DNA from: Squalus acanthias
Taxonomy: Eukaryota
Reading direction: 5' to 3'
Assembly: GCA_030390025.1 (NCBI GenBank)
Contig: CM059446.1
Span: 4,092,001-4,156,000, forward strand
DNA length: 64,000 nucleotides
Shown: positions 27,556 to 39,000 of the stretch, in pieces
Layout: each line of letters opens with the position of its first letter
How positions within the stretch are numbered: position 1 is the first letter of the stretch
Made by a program: the position numbers and the translations under genes
Notes under the pieces: generated by a model
Seen by the model: the letters and a program-made list of their open reading frames with translations, nothing else
Databases searched by the model: none
What the model was told of the DNA's origin: nothing

Positions 27556-29912
27556 GGTTAATTATGCTTTGTAATAAACATCATTGGATGTAAACAGAAA
27601 GTTTCTAAATGGCCAGGTCAGAAGGTTGCCTTTTCATTTCCAATTCTGTATCTCAACGTGACTTAACCCGACAAGGAAGCCAACATGTGCTCGTGTTTGA
27701 ATCAGTCACCAAAATTTCTGGAAAAACCTAAACTGCTCCAATAGTTTTAATCCAATAGTGTAGGAAATCTCCATCATTGTCTTACCCAGGCCAAGTCAAA
27801 GAATGACACATACTATCCAGCAAACATAAGGGATGACTTGTGAATGAGTTCTCGACAGATGAAAGCTACTACAGTGAAAGATTACAATTGTTACAGACAA
27901 TACAAAAATATGGAAGGGGGAAACTTAGATAAAAATTCACAACTCCATCAGGAACATTATTTTTCCCTCGTGTATGTTTTCCAGACAGGGACCTTTAAAA
28001 AAGAAATTCACAATGAAACAGCTACCAGCTGGTTCTGATACAAGAACCTCCTGTTACTTACATTGATGCAGCCATTTGCAGCTTACATCAGTGAACCAGT
28101 GATCTGCTTCTTTAATAACTAAAATTCCTAAGTCAGGACAGCCTCGCTGGTTTGCATTTCTTTACACTCACTTTTTTTTTTAAATGGTCCTGTGAAATGC
28201 ATCATTTCACAGACAATGACAGGTAGACAACTGCTCCCTACTCTCCTCTGTAACCAGCCTCAAGGAAATGAGCATAACTTATCTGGGACAGTTTGCCTCC
28301 TAATAATGTTCCCTCTTTCACCATAGAAGCACCTGGCCCCCTCTTGGCACCTCCCAGCGTCGGTATTGCCACGGTTAGGTAGTCCCCACATGATGAACTA
28401 AAAGTGAAAGCTCACATCTCACCACTGCACAGCAATGGGACGTCAATCAGAAAAGTGGATTTTTCCCGAACGTACCCTTCGAAATAATTATTGCCCAACC
28501 TGAAGGCAGTTTTGAAGTTTCATTAGAAAATGAATAAAGCATTTTGGCTAATGAATTGGCAATACAAGTGCCTAAAGACAAAGATTTTCCACCCTCACCC
28601 GGGTGAACTGCCTTACATAAAAATTACTTGGGACACCATTAAGGGCACACAAGTGACCACAGGACCCTGGGCGAGAAAGGAGAAGAACGAACTGTTTCTA
28701 TTGAATAGCTTCTGCTGAAACGTGTGAATATCAGGTGAGGACAGGCTCAGACGCAGCTATGATGGTCTGGTATAATATCTGCCAACACACATGGCCTGGA
28801 CTCAAACATGAAGAACGGTCTGTTTAATGAGATAGCCAAGGATGGCCAGCACCTGTGCAACCACCCCACAGACGGAGTCAGTATCTTTAGGAGAGAAACA
28901 GAGAATTAGGGGGTGGGGGGGGCGGTGGAAGAGAAAGAATGGTGGACCACCCTGATGAAGCTTTCTCCTTGCAGGTGTTAAATAAACAAGTTGCTGCTCA
29001 CAGCTGGACAATGTTATTACAGGATATGAATTATTCTCTTCACTGCTCCCCAGCCCTGATTCACAGTACAAGGTCATTAAGGAAACAGAATAAATGGAAC
29101 AAAACTAACTTAAATTACCATGCAGATTTGAACTCTTAAATCAGGACATGTGAATCCAAATGGATGACTAGTTTTTGGGTTCTAGATTAACAGTTTATGA
29201 TGAACATAAAACGTAAGTAGAACGCTGGAGATAAGAAGCCACAATGCTCAACATTCCTGGGTCATGCCCAAAGATCCAGCCCTATGCTACTGAATGATAA
29301 AATAATTCAACTTGCACAACCAACCAGCCTGGACCCAGTGTGGTGATTCCTGGGCCTGTCCACAGTGATCCTATGGGCTTAAACAAAGGAAATCTCCTGA
29401 CCTCACCAAAGCCTACTGGCTCATTCCACTCACCCCACTGAGATGGCAGCAGGTGAACCTTTGAGCTCCATAGCACTTGTAACACTGGGCAAAATAGCCC
29501 AGTCTGAAAAAATAACATCCATAAAGGCCAACTCATGAAGTAGCTTCTAAAATCTGGTTCCCACTCCCCACCTACTGCCAGTGGCTGGGTAGCAAGTTGG
29601 AAAATACTCACTACGTGATTTAAGCACCACACAAGGAAAGAGACACTTTTTGTATAAATGCACAAAGTTGTGACACAACCAACACCCAGACACTGACTAG
29701 CAGAGAAGAGCAGCCCTGCTACCAACCCCCATAATCCGATTCAAGGATCCTCCCCAACAGAGCTGGCAATCAGTCACACTGATTAAACAAAGGAAATCTC
29801 CTGACCTCACCAAAGCCTACTGGCTCATTCCACTCCTACCATGTATTCTGCATACTATATTAATGTGATCTACCAGAAAAGCTGAAAGAAAAAGTTCCTC
29901 AGGAAAACTTAC

Positions 29913-30008
29913 CAAAGGAGTATGCGTGGTCCATCTTGAATTTCGCTTTATGGCACCAACCACGCTACTTATTTCACCTTGCACAATATAAATGCTTTTA
30001 TCGACCAT
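29913..30008 (-). CDS. GBF1: GBF1 first coding exon (MVDKSIYIVQGEISSVVGAIKRNSRWTTHTPL)
   Basis: Near-identical to the vertebrate GBF1 N-terminus MVDKNIYIIQGEINIVVGAIKRNARWSTHTPL. Good Kozak context (ACCATGG). Acceptor ccccatctgcag 10 nt upstream (exon starts 30018). Donor gtaagt at 29912. Confidence 0.96.
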
Positions 30009-30089
30009 GGTGAAGAATCTGCAGATGGGGAAAAATGGTGATTAAAAACTTGCCAAGTGAGGATTTCATTCAGCTGTATGCATATAGCA

Positions 30090-30465
30090 GGTACGGTAGC
30101 ATAGTGGTTATGTTACTGGGCTAGTAATCGAGAGGCCTGGACTAATGATCTAGAGACATGAGTTCAAATCCCACCACGGCAGTAGGGGAATTTAAAATTC
30201 AAATAATTAAATAAATCTGGTAATAAATCTAGTTTCAGTAATGGTAACCATGAAAGTACCGATTGTCTGGTTCACAAATGTCCTTTAGGAAGGAAATCTG
30301 CCCTCCTTACCCGGTCTGGCCTATATGTGACTGCAGACCCACAGCAATGTGGTTGACTCTTAACTGTCCTCTGAAATGAAGTATTCAAGAAGGCAGTTCA
30401 CCACCACGTTCTCGAGGGCAATAAATGCCAGCGATGTCCACATCCCGTGAATGAATAAAAAAAAT
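30090..30465 (+). mobile_element. tRNA-derived SINE with LINE-like tail
   Basis: A-box tagcatagtgg, B-box gagttcaaatcc. Tail gggcaataaatg...cacatccc..gaatgaataaaaaaa is also seen at 2860-2915 and inverted at 7140-7210. Confidence 0.7.
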
Positions 30466-31189
30466 ACCAAATTATGTTTAATGCTGGAAACATAAGCTCA
30501 CTCTCCATTTCCAGTTATAGCCACATTATTAAAGATGAAAAGGCCAAGGAGTTGCTGCATTCCCAGACGGAAAAAGGAATAATCTTTACACGTTACTTCA
30601 AACTTGATCAACATCCTCTAATATAGTTACGCCCAGTAATATAATTCAATGTGAGCTCCTCTACTGTGGGAAGTGTCAGGTGTGGAGGTGAGCAGATTAG
30701 TAAGATTCCAGGTTTCTGCTGTGATAGCAGATCTCGACCATGATGGCAGTAATCTGTGTAGGGACTCCCAGGCGAATCAAGGGGAAAGAATTGCCGGTGT
30801 TACTGATTATTGGCAGAGATATTTATCAAAATACGCATGAGATTGACCCCAGTGGAAAAGTGCATATTTTGCATCACTGGGAAACTGTTTCAGCCTCAGG
30901 ATGCAAGAATTGCAGCTAACAGTAGCAAAACTAGCTCAAGATCAGGACTTGAGTTCAGGTGACACTACCTTAAAGAGTGTAACCACAACCTGGGTAAAAC
31001 TTTCAAAGTTAAAATGTCAAGTAGATGCAATGTAGCTGTAATATTATCCATTCTACAGAATTAGTTCTTTAGCTTTGTTGCTTGTGCATTTAATTATGCT
31101 TAAAATTGTACTTTAAAATAGTCATACCTCAAAATGTATCCAATTTTAAGTTAAACCCATAAATATTACAACAAATTAACTCATTGAAA

Positions 31190-31560
31190 CATAAGATTCG
31201 GAGGCGGATTGACAGGGTAGATGCCGAGAGGTTGTTTCCCCTGGCTGGAGAGTCTAGAACTAGGGGGCAGAATCTCAGGACAAGGGGTCGGCCATTTAAG
31301 ACTGAGAGGAGGAGGAATTTCTTCACACAGAGTGGTGAATCTTTGGAATTCTCTACCCCAGAGGGCTGTGGATGCTGAACTGTTGAGTATATTCAAGGTT
31401 GAGATCGATAAATTTTTGGACTCATGGGGAATCAAGGGATATGGAGATCGGGCAGGAAAGTGGAGTTGAGGGAGAAGATCATCCATGATCTTATTGAATG
31501 GCAAAGCAGGCTCGAAGAGCCGTATGGCCTACTCCTGCTCCTATTTCTCATGTTCTTACT
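31190..31560 (+). mobile_element. CR1/HER1-type LINE 3' end
   Basis: DRVDAERLFPLAGESRTRG...RRNFFTQ, VVNLWNSLPQRAV, plus the conserved 3' tail. Confidence 0.88.
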
Positions 31561-31959
31561 GAAAACTAAATACTCGCATAGACATTTAGAGTGCAGTAAA
31601 CTGCTTTGGAAAATCCTGTAGCTTTCCAAAAGTGTCTACAACAATGGACAGTCTTGAAAATTTAATACATGGTATTGTTTTCCATAATAATACATTCTAG
31701 GACCTCGGGCAAGCTTATCTTTTTTTAAATAACCAATGGAAATTAGTACACCTCTGTTGCATCAATTATGATTATTCAGAGATGCCAAACTTGAACAGAG
31801 AATAAACAAAGTAAAGCTCGCTGTCTAACAAATAGCAGATGGTGCCAAAACTACTGACTGAACAGTAATATCAATACCCAATCTCCCAAAACTGGAGTCA
31901 GCTGTAATTGTCACCAATTCTGGACCAGCATAATTTGCAAAATTCCACCAAAGACAGAC

Positions 31960-32380
31960 AGACTTGCATTTCTCCAGCGCCTTCCACGACCTCAGGATGT
32001 CCCAAAGCAGCTTTACAGCCAATGAAGTACTTTTGAAGTGTAGTCACTGTTGTAATGTAGGAAACGCAGCCACCAATTTGCGCACAGCAAGCTCCCACAA
32101 ACAGCAATGTGATAATGACCAGATAATCTGTTCTGTGATGTTGGAATAACTCCCCAGCTCTTCTTTGAAATACTGCCATGAGATCTTCTACGAGAGCGCA
32201 GACGGGGCCTCGATTTAACATCTCATCCAAAAGACGGCACCTCTGACAGTGCAGCACTCCCTCAGTACTGCATTCAAGTGTCAGCCTAGATTTTTGTGCT
32301 CCAGTCTCTGGAGTGTGACTTGAACCCACAACCTTCTGACTCAGAGGCGAGGGTGCTATCAACTGAGCCACGGCTTACAC
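31960..32380 (-). mobile_element. Deu-like tRNA SINE
   Basis: Reverse complement of the 16905-17360 family. Further copies at ~32830-33185 (+), 33970-34370 (-), 41680-41780 (+, tail only) and 55560-55790 (-). Confidence 0.75.
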
Positions 32381-34644
32381 TGACCAGTTTCAACGATTCG
32401 ATCTACCTGCAATACTGCTGGAGTAATTCCTCCCCCAAACTGACTGTTACTTTTGACCCAGTTATTACTTAAATATACTGATGGAAATTTAATGGAAGCA
32501 CCTGTATAAGCAAACAAAAACTGTTGAACTCCTCTCCAAATCTAGTTTGCCAGGATCAAAGGATTGTCATTAACTTTATCAGAAGGGAGTTGACTTCAGT
32601 TATTAACATTCACTTCCCACCTAGCATTATCAGAGCAGCAAAGGCAAGGTCCATGTATTGGTTTCCACCAACACTTATCACCAGCAACATTACTACCTTA
32701 CTCCAAGGGTCAGATATAAACTTTGTGTCGATCAAATTATGAATTACCTCGAGCTTTTTGGGGAAGTGGAAACAGTTCTCGGGCTCTTTGTGGGCCATAC
32801 AACAGCTTCCTTGCTTACACGGATTTGATTCAGTGCAGTACTGAGCGAGTGCTGGTTTGACGGCGGTGCCACCTTTCGAATGAGACGCTGACCCAAAGTA
32901 CCACCTTGCCTATTCGGTTGGACATAAAAGCCTGCATAGCACTATTCAAAGAGCACGAGCGGTCTCCCGGTATCCTCGACAACAGGTTATCTCTTAAACA
33001 CCCTAAAATAAATTAACTGATCCTTTACATAAAATTGTTATTCTTGCAAACTTGCTATGGGCAAACTGGCTGCCAGGTTTGCCTATATAACAGGGACAAA
33101 ACTTCAAAAGTAATTAATTGACTATGAAGCACTTCTGAAATCCTGAGAACGAGACCGGCACTATACAAATGCAAGTTCCTTCTTCCAGCGATTTTATAGC
33201 AAGCGCATTAAGCTTAGGGATAAAATGTCTTAGATAAATTGCATAACTGTGGGGTGAATTTATGTTTCCTTAAAAAGAATGCAATAACAATGTTGAGATT
33301 TGAGTTTGATCTGTTGGTGGGGAAGCCTTGCTGTTCATTTATTGATTACATCTCAGAAGTGCTTTGGGGTGTTTTTCTACATTAAAGGCGCTATACAAAT
33401 GCAAGTTGTCGCATACTTTCCATAAGCAGTTTTTGTTTTTAGTTTATTAAACAATGCTATATGTTTGCTGGAAATATGCTATTAAGAAAGGCAGTGGTAT
33501 TTGTGTAGTTTCCCACTGCACAATACTTATGTCTTGAAGCCTCAGGTCAGTATCACCTTGATTATACTTTCACCTGTGTTGTACTACTTCTACTGGCATT
33601 AAGGCAACAAAGGTAACAAATTAATATTATTTGTAAATGATAGATTGCATAATATAAATAAATGTTCAGGGTGTGTTTCAGGCAGTAAATCAATCTCAAG
33701 ATTCTACTAACCTTAAGTCACTTCAGCTAATTTCTCATGTTTTGATGCCGTGTGTATTACTATGTTGAACTGCCTTATCGTTAATTTCAAGTCAATTTTT
33801 AAAATATGTATGTTCCTATTTTGCATGGACTTGTCAAGTTAGTACTTCTGAAAGCTTACTCTTCAGAATAAATATTTTGATTGAAATCTTTGGTGCTAAA
33901 CCTTCATATATAGGCATCCCATAATATACATTCTCTCTCTCACTCTCTCTCTAAAAATACTCAATGTAACAACAACAACTTGCATTAACATAGCACCTTT
34001 AACGTAGTAAAACGTCCCAAGGCACTGCACAGGAGTATTATAAGACAAATTTGCACAAAGCAAGCTCCCACAAACAGCAATGTGATAACAGGATAATCTA
34101 TTGCTTAGTGATGTTGGTTGGGAGATAAATATTGGCAAGGACATCGGAGAGAACTCCCCTGCTCTTCTTTGAATAGTGCCGTGGGATCTTTTACATCCAC
34201 CTGAGAGAGCAGACGGGACCTCGGTTTAATGTCTCATCCGAAAGACGGCACCTCCGACAGTGCACCACACCCTCAGTACTGGCCCTGAAGTGTCAGCCTA
34301 GATTTTGTGCTCAAGTCTCTGAAGTGGACCTGCTGACCCAGAGGTGGGAGTGCTACCCACTGAGCCAACACTGTTGGCGAGAGGGTATTGAGACCCATTA
34401 CCAAATCTTCAAAGCTGCTGTTTCTTGTGTATATATCTAATCTTTATTGTGCTTGGAAAAATGTTAGTGATATCTTGATAGTGGTTAGATGAAAAGGGAT
34501 GGGAAGGAGGCTCGTGTGGTGCATAGACCACTTGGGCCGAATGGCCTGTTTCTGTGCTGTAGACGCGATGTAATTCTATGTAAGCACCTTATGATGTTTT
34601 ACTACGTTAAAGGCGCTATATAAATGTAAGTTGTTGTTGTGATA

Positions 34645-35200
34645 TAATGATACAGCACAGAAGGCGGCCATTCAGCCCATCTTGCCTGCGAATGCTCTGG
34701 TAAAGCTATCCAATTAATCGCACTCACTTGCCCTTTCCCCTGTAGCCCTGTAATTTTTTTCCCTTCAAGTATTTATCCAATTCTATGTTGAAAGTTACTA
34801 TTGAATCTACTTCCACCACCCTTTCAGGCAGCACATTCCAGATCACAATAACTCACTGCGTAAAGAAAGATTCCTTACGTCGCCTCTGGTTCTTTTACCA
34901 ATCACCTTAAATCTGTGTCCTCTGATTACCAACCCTTCTGCCAATGGAAACAGTTTCTCCATATCTACTCTATCAAAACCGTTCATGATTTTGAACACCT
35001 CTAACAAATCGCCTCTTCGCCTTCTCTGCTCTAAAGAGAACCCCAGCTTCTCCAGTCTCTCCACATATACAGGTCCCTCATCACTGATACCATTCTAATA
35101 AATCTCTGCATCCTCTCCAAGGCCTTGACATCCTCCCTAAAGCGTGACCACCAGAATTGGGACACAATACTCCAGCTGAGGGCAAGCCCAGTGGTTTAGA
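34645..35200 (-). mobile_element. CR1 LINE 3' fragment
   Basis: ERLEKLGFSLEQRRRRGDLLEVFKIMNGFDRVD..KLFPL and the shared 3' tail. Confidence 0.88.
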
Positions 35201-35529
35201 AAGGGTTTGCTGAGAGTCAGGCCTTTGGCAATGCCCAATCCCCTGTTTGAGGAGAGGGATTAACCGTACAGTTGGGGCTCTTAGGCTTTGCACTGTGACG
35301 GGAGGGTGAGGGGAAGGTGTCAGTGCGGGGGGGGGTGACGGACCAACACTACACACACACACACACAGACAGACTCTGGCATACGGACTCCCCCCAGGGG
35401 CGGTTTCCAAAGGTTTTGCTGAGGGTCAGGCCTTTGGCGCTGCCCAATGCCCTCTTTGAAGAGAGATTAACAGCGCAGTTGGGGCCCTCAGGCCTTGCAC
35501 CGGGAGGGGAGGGACAGACACACACAAAA

Positions 35530-36080
35530 ACCCGGCCTCGGCCTCTGACGGCCAGCACCGGCCGGGGCCGGGGCCGGGCCCGGACACTCTCGCACACTGG
35601 GCCGGTGCCGGGCCCGGGCGGACTCACCCCCCGCGGCGGCTTCCAACACATCCAAGATGGCGGCGGCCGGGCTCCCGCGGCAGCTGGCAGGCACCGAGCG
35701 TCCCCCCGCCAATCGCCTCGGACATCCACACCCCCAGCACCGAAGGAGGAGGAAGCGGCAGCAGCAGTGGCAGGCCCGAGTCCCCGCTCTACATTCCAGT
35801 CCCGGCTGCGGCTCAAACCCACCCGCTCCAAGCCTGCTCGGAACCGGCCCGGCTCCCACTGACGTGATGCGCAGGCGCAACCCCTCCACCCCGCCTCTCT
35901 AACCTGCTGGCGGCCGCCGGTATGATTGACGGGGCGGCGCAGCCAATCGGAACGCCGCCTTTCCCGCCGGCGTCGGGAGAGCGACCAATGGGCGCAGAGG
36001 CGAGGGGGAGGCGGGCTCTCGGCCATCAAGTTAGTTGGAGCCAACAGCGCCGCAGAGGTTGCTGGGATAGCGGGCCAGTC
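35530..36080. promoter_or_regulatory. CpG-island promoter of GBF1
   Basis: Very high GC/CpG content. YY1 motif CAAGATGGCGGC (35653-35664), CRE-like TGACGTGA (35860-35867), NRF1 TGCGCAGGCGCA (35868-35879), GC boxes, and CCAAT boxes near 35943 and 35985. Confidence 0.9.
35628..35840 (-). other. GBF1: Predicted GBF1 non-coding exon 1 (5' end approximate)
   Basis: Consensus donor GG|GTGAGT (GT at 35627-35626, minus strand) inside the CpG island, downstream of the NRF1/CRE/CCAAT cluster. The ATG exon has its own acceptor, so an upstream exon is required. Confidence 0.7.
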
Positions 36081-39000
36081 CCTCCAGGATGCTCAGTGCT
36101 GGGACAAGACCTGGTCCCTGGGACACTGGCTCCCTCACAACTCATTGCAACCCCAGCCTGGCCCTTTCACAAACCAGCCTCTGCACCCTGCAGCAACAGA
36201 CCTCTTCCTTTGCGATAAAATTCATCAGCATGCGTTGTTTATTTTTGATCCTGTGCCCTAGCTGTGAACTCTGCAGTGAACCCTGAACTCTGTGCAATGT
36301 CTGTTGGCACTGAAAGAAATGACGTGGCGCCCGCACTGTCATGCCATTTATTGTTGTGCGCTGGTGGATGTTTAAGCAATGAGTGAAGCAGTAAAACGCA
36401 TAATGGTCAAATGAAGAAAGTTGAACGATCTGAGAATTGCAAACAATGCTCAGCTCGCTCACAAAGCAACAAATCCTGCCATGTGCAATAGGGTGTGACA
36501 CTCATAATGACAGACGTGTGTCTCCAGCCATGCATTTATTATGACAAGACCTTCCGTGGCAGCGCGGACTATTCCCAGGACAATTTCCGACTTGAAAATG
36601 TCGGGATAGGAATTTGAATAAATCTGGGGGAACATTGTGAGTGTTGTGACTTCACAGATTTTGTTTCAGGGTCAAAATCTGACTTGATTCCAATGAATGT
36701 AGACCAAGTAAGCAAAGAGCGTTTTAAAATAATATTTCCTTAAAACGGCAGACTTTGCCCCAGTCCATCGTCCCTTTATTGGGAATGTGCAGCATGTAAT
36801 ATTTAACGTGGACCTACCGGCTCTCCCCGGGGGACCTGTTTCAGCTGAGGTGGACACCTCGTGCGTCACCTGCGCCTGAATTTAGGAAATTGACAATATC
36901 AAATTTAGATCTTAAATAGTCAGCTTCCGAAAATCACCCCCTGTAATGACACGTGAATTTCCGACAGGTAAATGAATGAACAGATGCCCCATCAAACGCT
37001 TCATAATCCGGAAAAGGTAGATGCTGAAATCCAGAAAAATTGCCATTTTTTTTTCCTGCTGTGAATTTGTTAATTGTCAGCCTTTAATGGATTCGTGCAT
37101 GTGGAGAGATCCAATCCAGTCTCCCTAAACCCTTCTGAATGAATCCGAGGGGCTGGGACTTGCAGTGTACTCGAGTGGGCTGGACCTCTCAGCTCACACA
37201 CAGTGGTCGCGTCGTTTCGTAGCAGCCGATGATATTGGCATAAAATCAATCCGTCCAGCAAATGGGATCGCACAGCTTGGCTTTCACCGAGACTCTCCGT
37301 GCAACTGCAAGGACCTGGCCGCGTGTTTTCGAAGGAACTCTTAATTCTGACAGCTACAGGAACCACTAATCTTCGGTAAACTTATCCTATCCCCGGATTT
37401 ATTCATTTAAAGAGGGATTTGCTGTAAGTGATTGTCGGTATCGACTTGTTCCCATTGATAAATGTTTGAGATTCTGTGGGGGGGTTTTGAGTTGCCGCAT
37501 GCCTTTTGCCGTCGGGGATGTCATGTCGGGTATTGTATATCCTCAACAACTAATATACGTGTATGTATATAATATATATAATTGAATGCGTTGTTCCTTT
37601 AAACAGGAAATCCCCCAGAAATTAAATCTATGATATGTAGTTCAGCTGTACTGTGCATTAAATGTATTTTAGGCGACGCCTTAAACCTAATGCATCGTTT
37701 GAGAATGTTTGAATGTTTTGGGGGGTTGTTTCCCAACTTTTTTGAAGTCTGACCCTATTAGCAGTGATCCAACAGCGCGAGATTGTCTGTGATTTACTCC
37801 CTTTCAAGCCTCAATGACCTATTCCATTATGTCCAGGGCTCGCTATCGAAGGCGTGTTAACAGGGGGATATTTTGAGAATGATTAATGAACCAGGGTTTA
37901 CAGCGGCTTCTCCATTTAGAGTGCAAGCGAATCTTACATTTCCCTTGGCAAGTGTGTAAAAATTGAAAATATTTCGCAACGGTTGCTTCACTTTCCGAGC
38001 AATGCTAAATTCCTAGCTTTTACCAGCGAATACAGTCATGGCTGGGCCGATCGGTTCCGCGTGTCAAGTCCAATACCTTTTTTTAAAAAAATACGGTGAC
38101 AGCAGGAAGGAAACGATTTTACGAACTCCGTACAATTATTTGACGACATAACCAGAAACAGGTTTGAAACGGCAATTGTCACTTTCAGCTACTCTTGAAA
38201 GGAAGAGGGGCAGTGAAGGCGACGGGGAAGTAACTTGGCAGCTGTTGGAAGACCCAGAATCTGAATGAAATAAAACAATCTATCAGCAAAGAGCCCAGTC
38301 CCAATGATGTTTGGTTATAAATGTGAGATGATCCAAATGAATGAGCAAACATCATAAATACATGTCAAAAGGCGATGTGAGTTAAAGATTGCAATATATT
38401 TGTGATAGTAAAACCCAACCATTTATGTGAAGTCACAAGTAAGGCTTCAATTTTTAGTGGGCAGGAATAGGACCGAATTGTTTGTGCAAAAGTAACATTC
38501 TCTTGAAATTATGTCACCCTTTCGCTGAGCGGGCAGCTGCGAATCCAACAGTACATTCTTCGATCTAACACAGCCAGAGCCGGCAGACCCACAATTTGAC
38601 AAGGATTTGAATGATGTTCAGATTATTACTATTCTGATATTAGCTGGCTGAAATATTTTTTTAAAATCCGGGCCGAAGGAAAAGACATTGAAAAGAGCTT
38701 AGCCTACTTTTAAACTATTATTCAAATGTAAAGAGATTGAGAAATACCAATCCAGCCTAAAATAGTTTTAAAAATAGCCTTTTTCAGAAGTGGCAAAATA
38801 TTTTTTTTTCTCTTCCTCAAAACAATTAATGGGCTTGTCTCTAAAGGATGCAGCAGTTGTTCGGGTTTATTACCGAGCGCTCTGGGCGTTATTCAACGCA
38901 CCAGGGTAAGGGCGGATCATTTGAAATCGGTTTGGATTCTGACACTTACTTTCAGATCCAATCCAGGTAGGCCCGGGACAGAATAACTGCTTCCTCAAAC

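Noticed and set aside
35317-36261. Overlapping 100-230 aa ORFs on both strands
   Set aside because: An artefact of CpG-island GC content. No recognisable domain.
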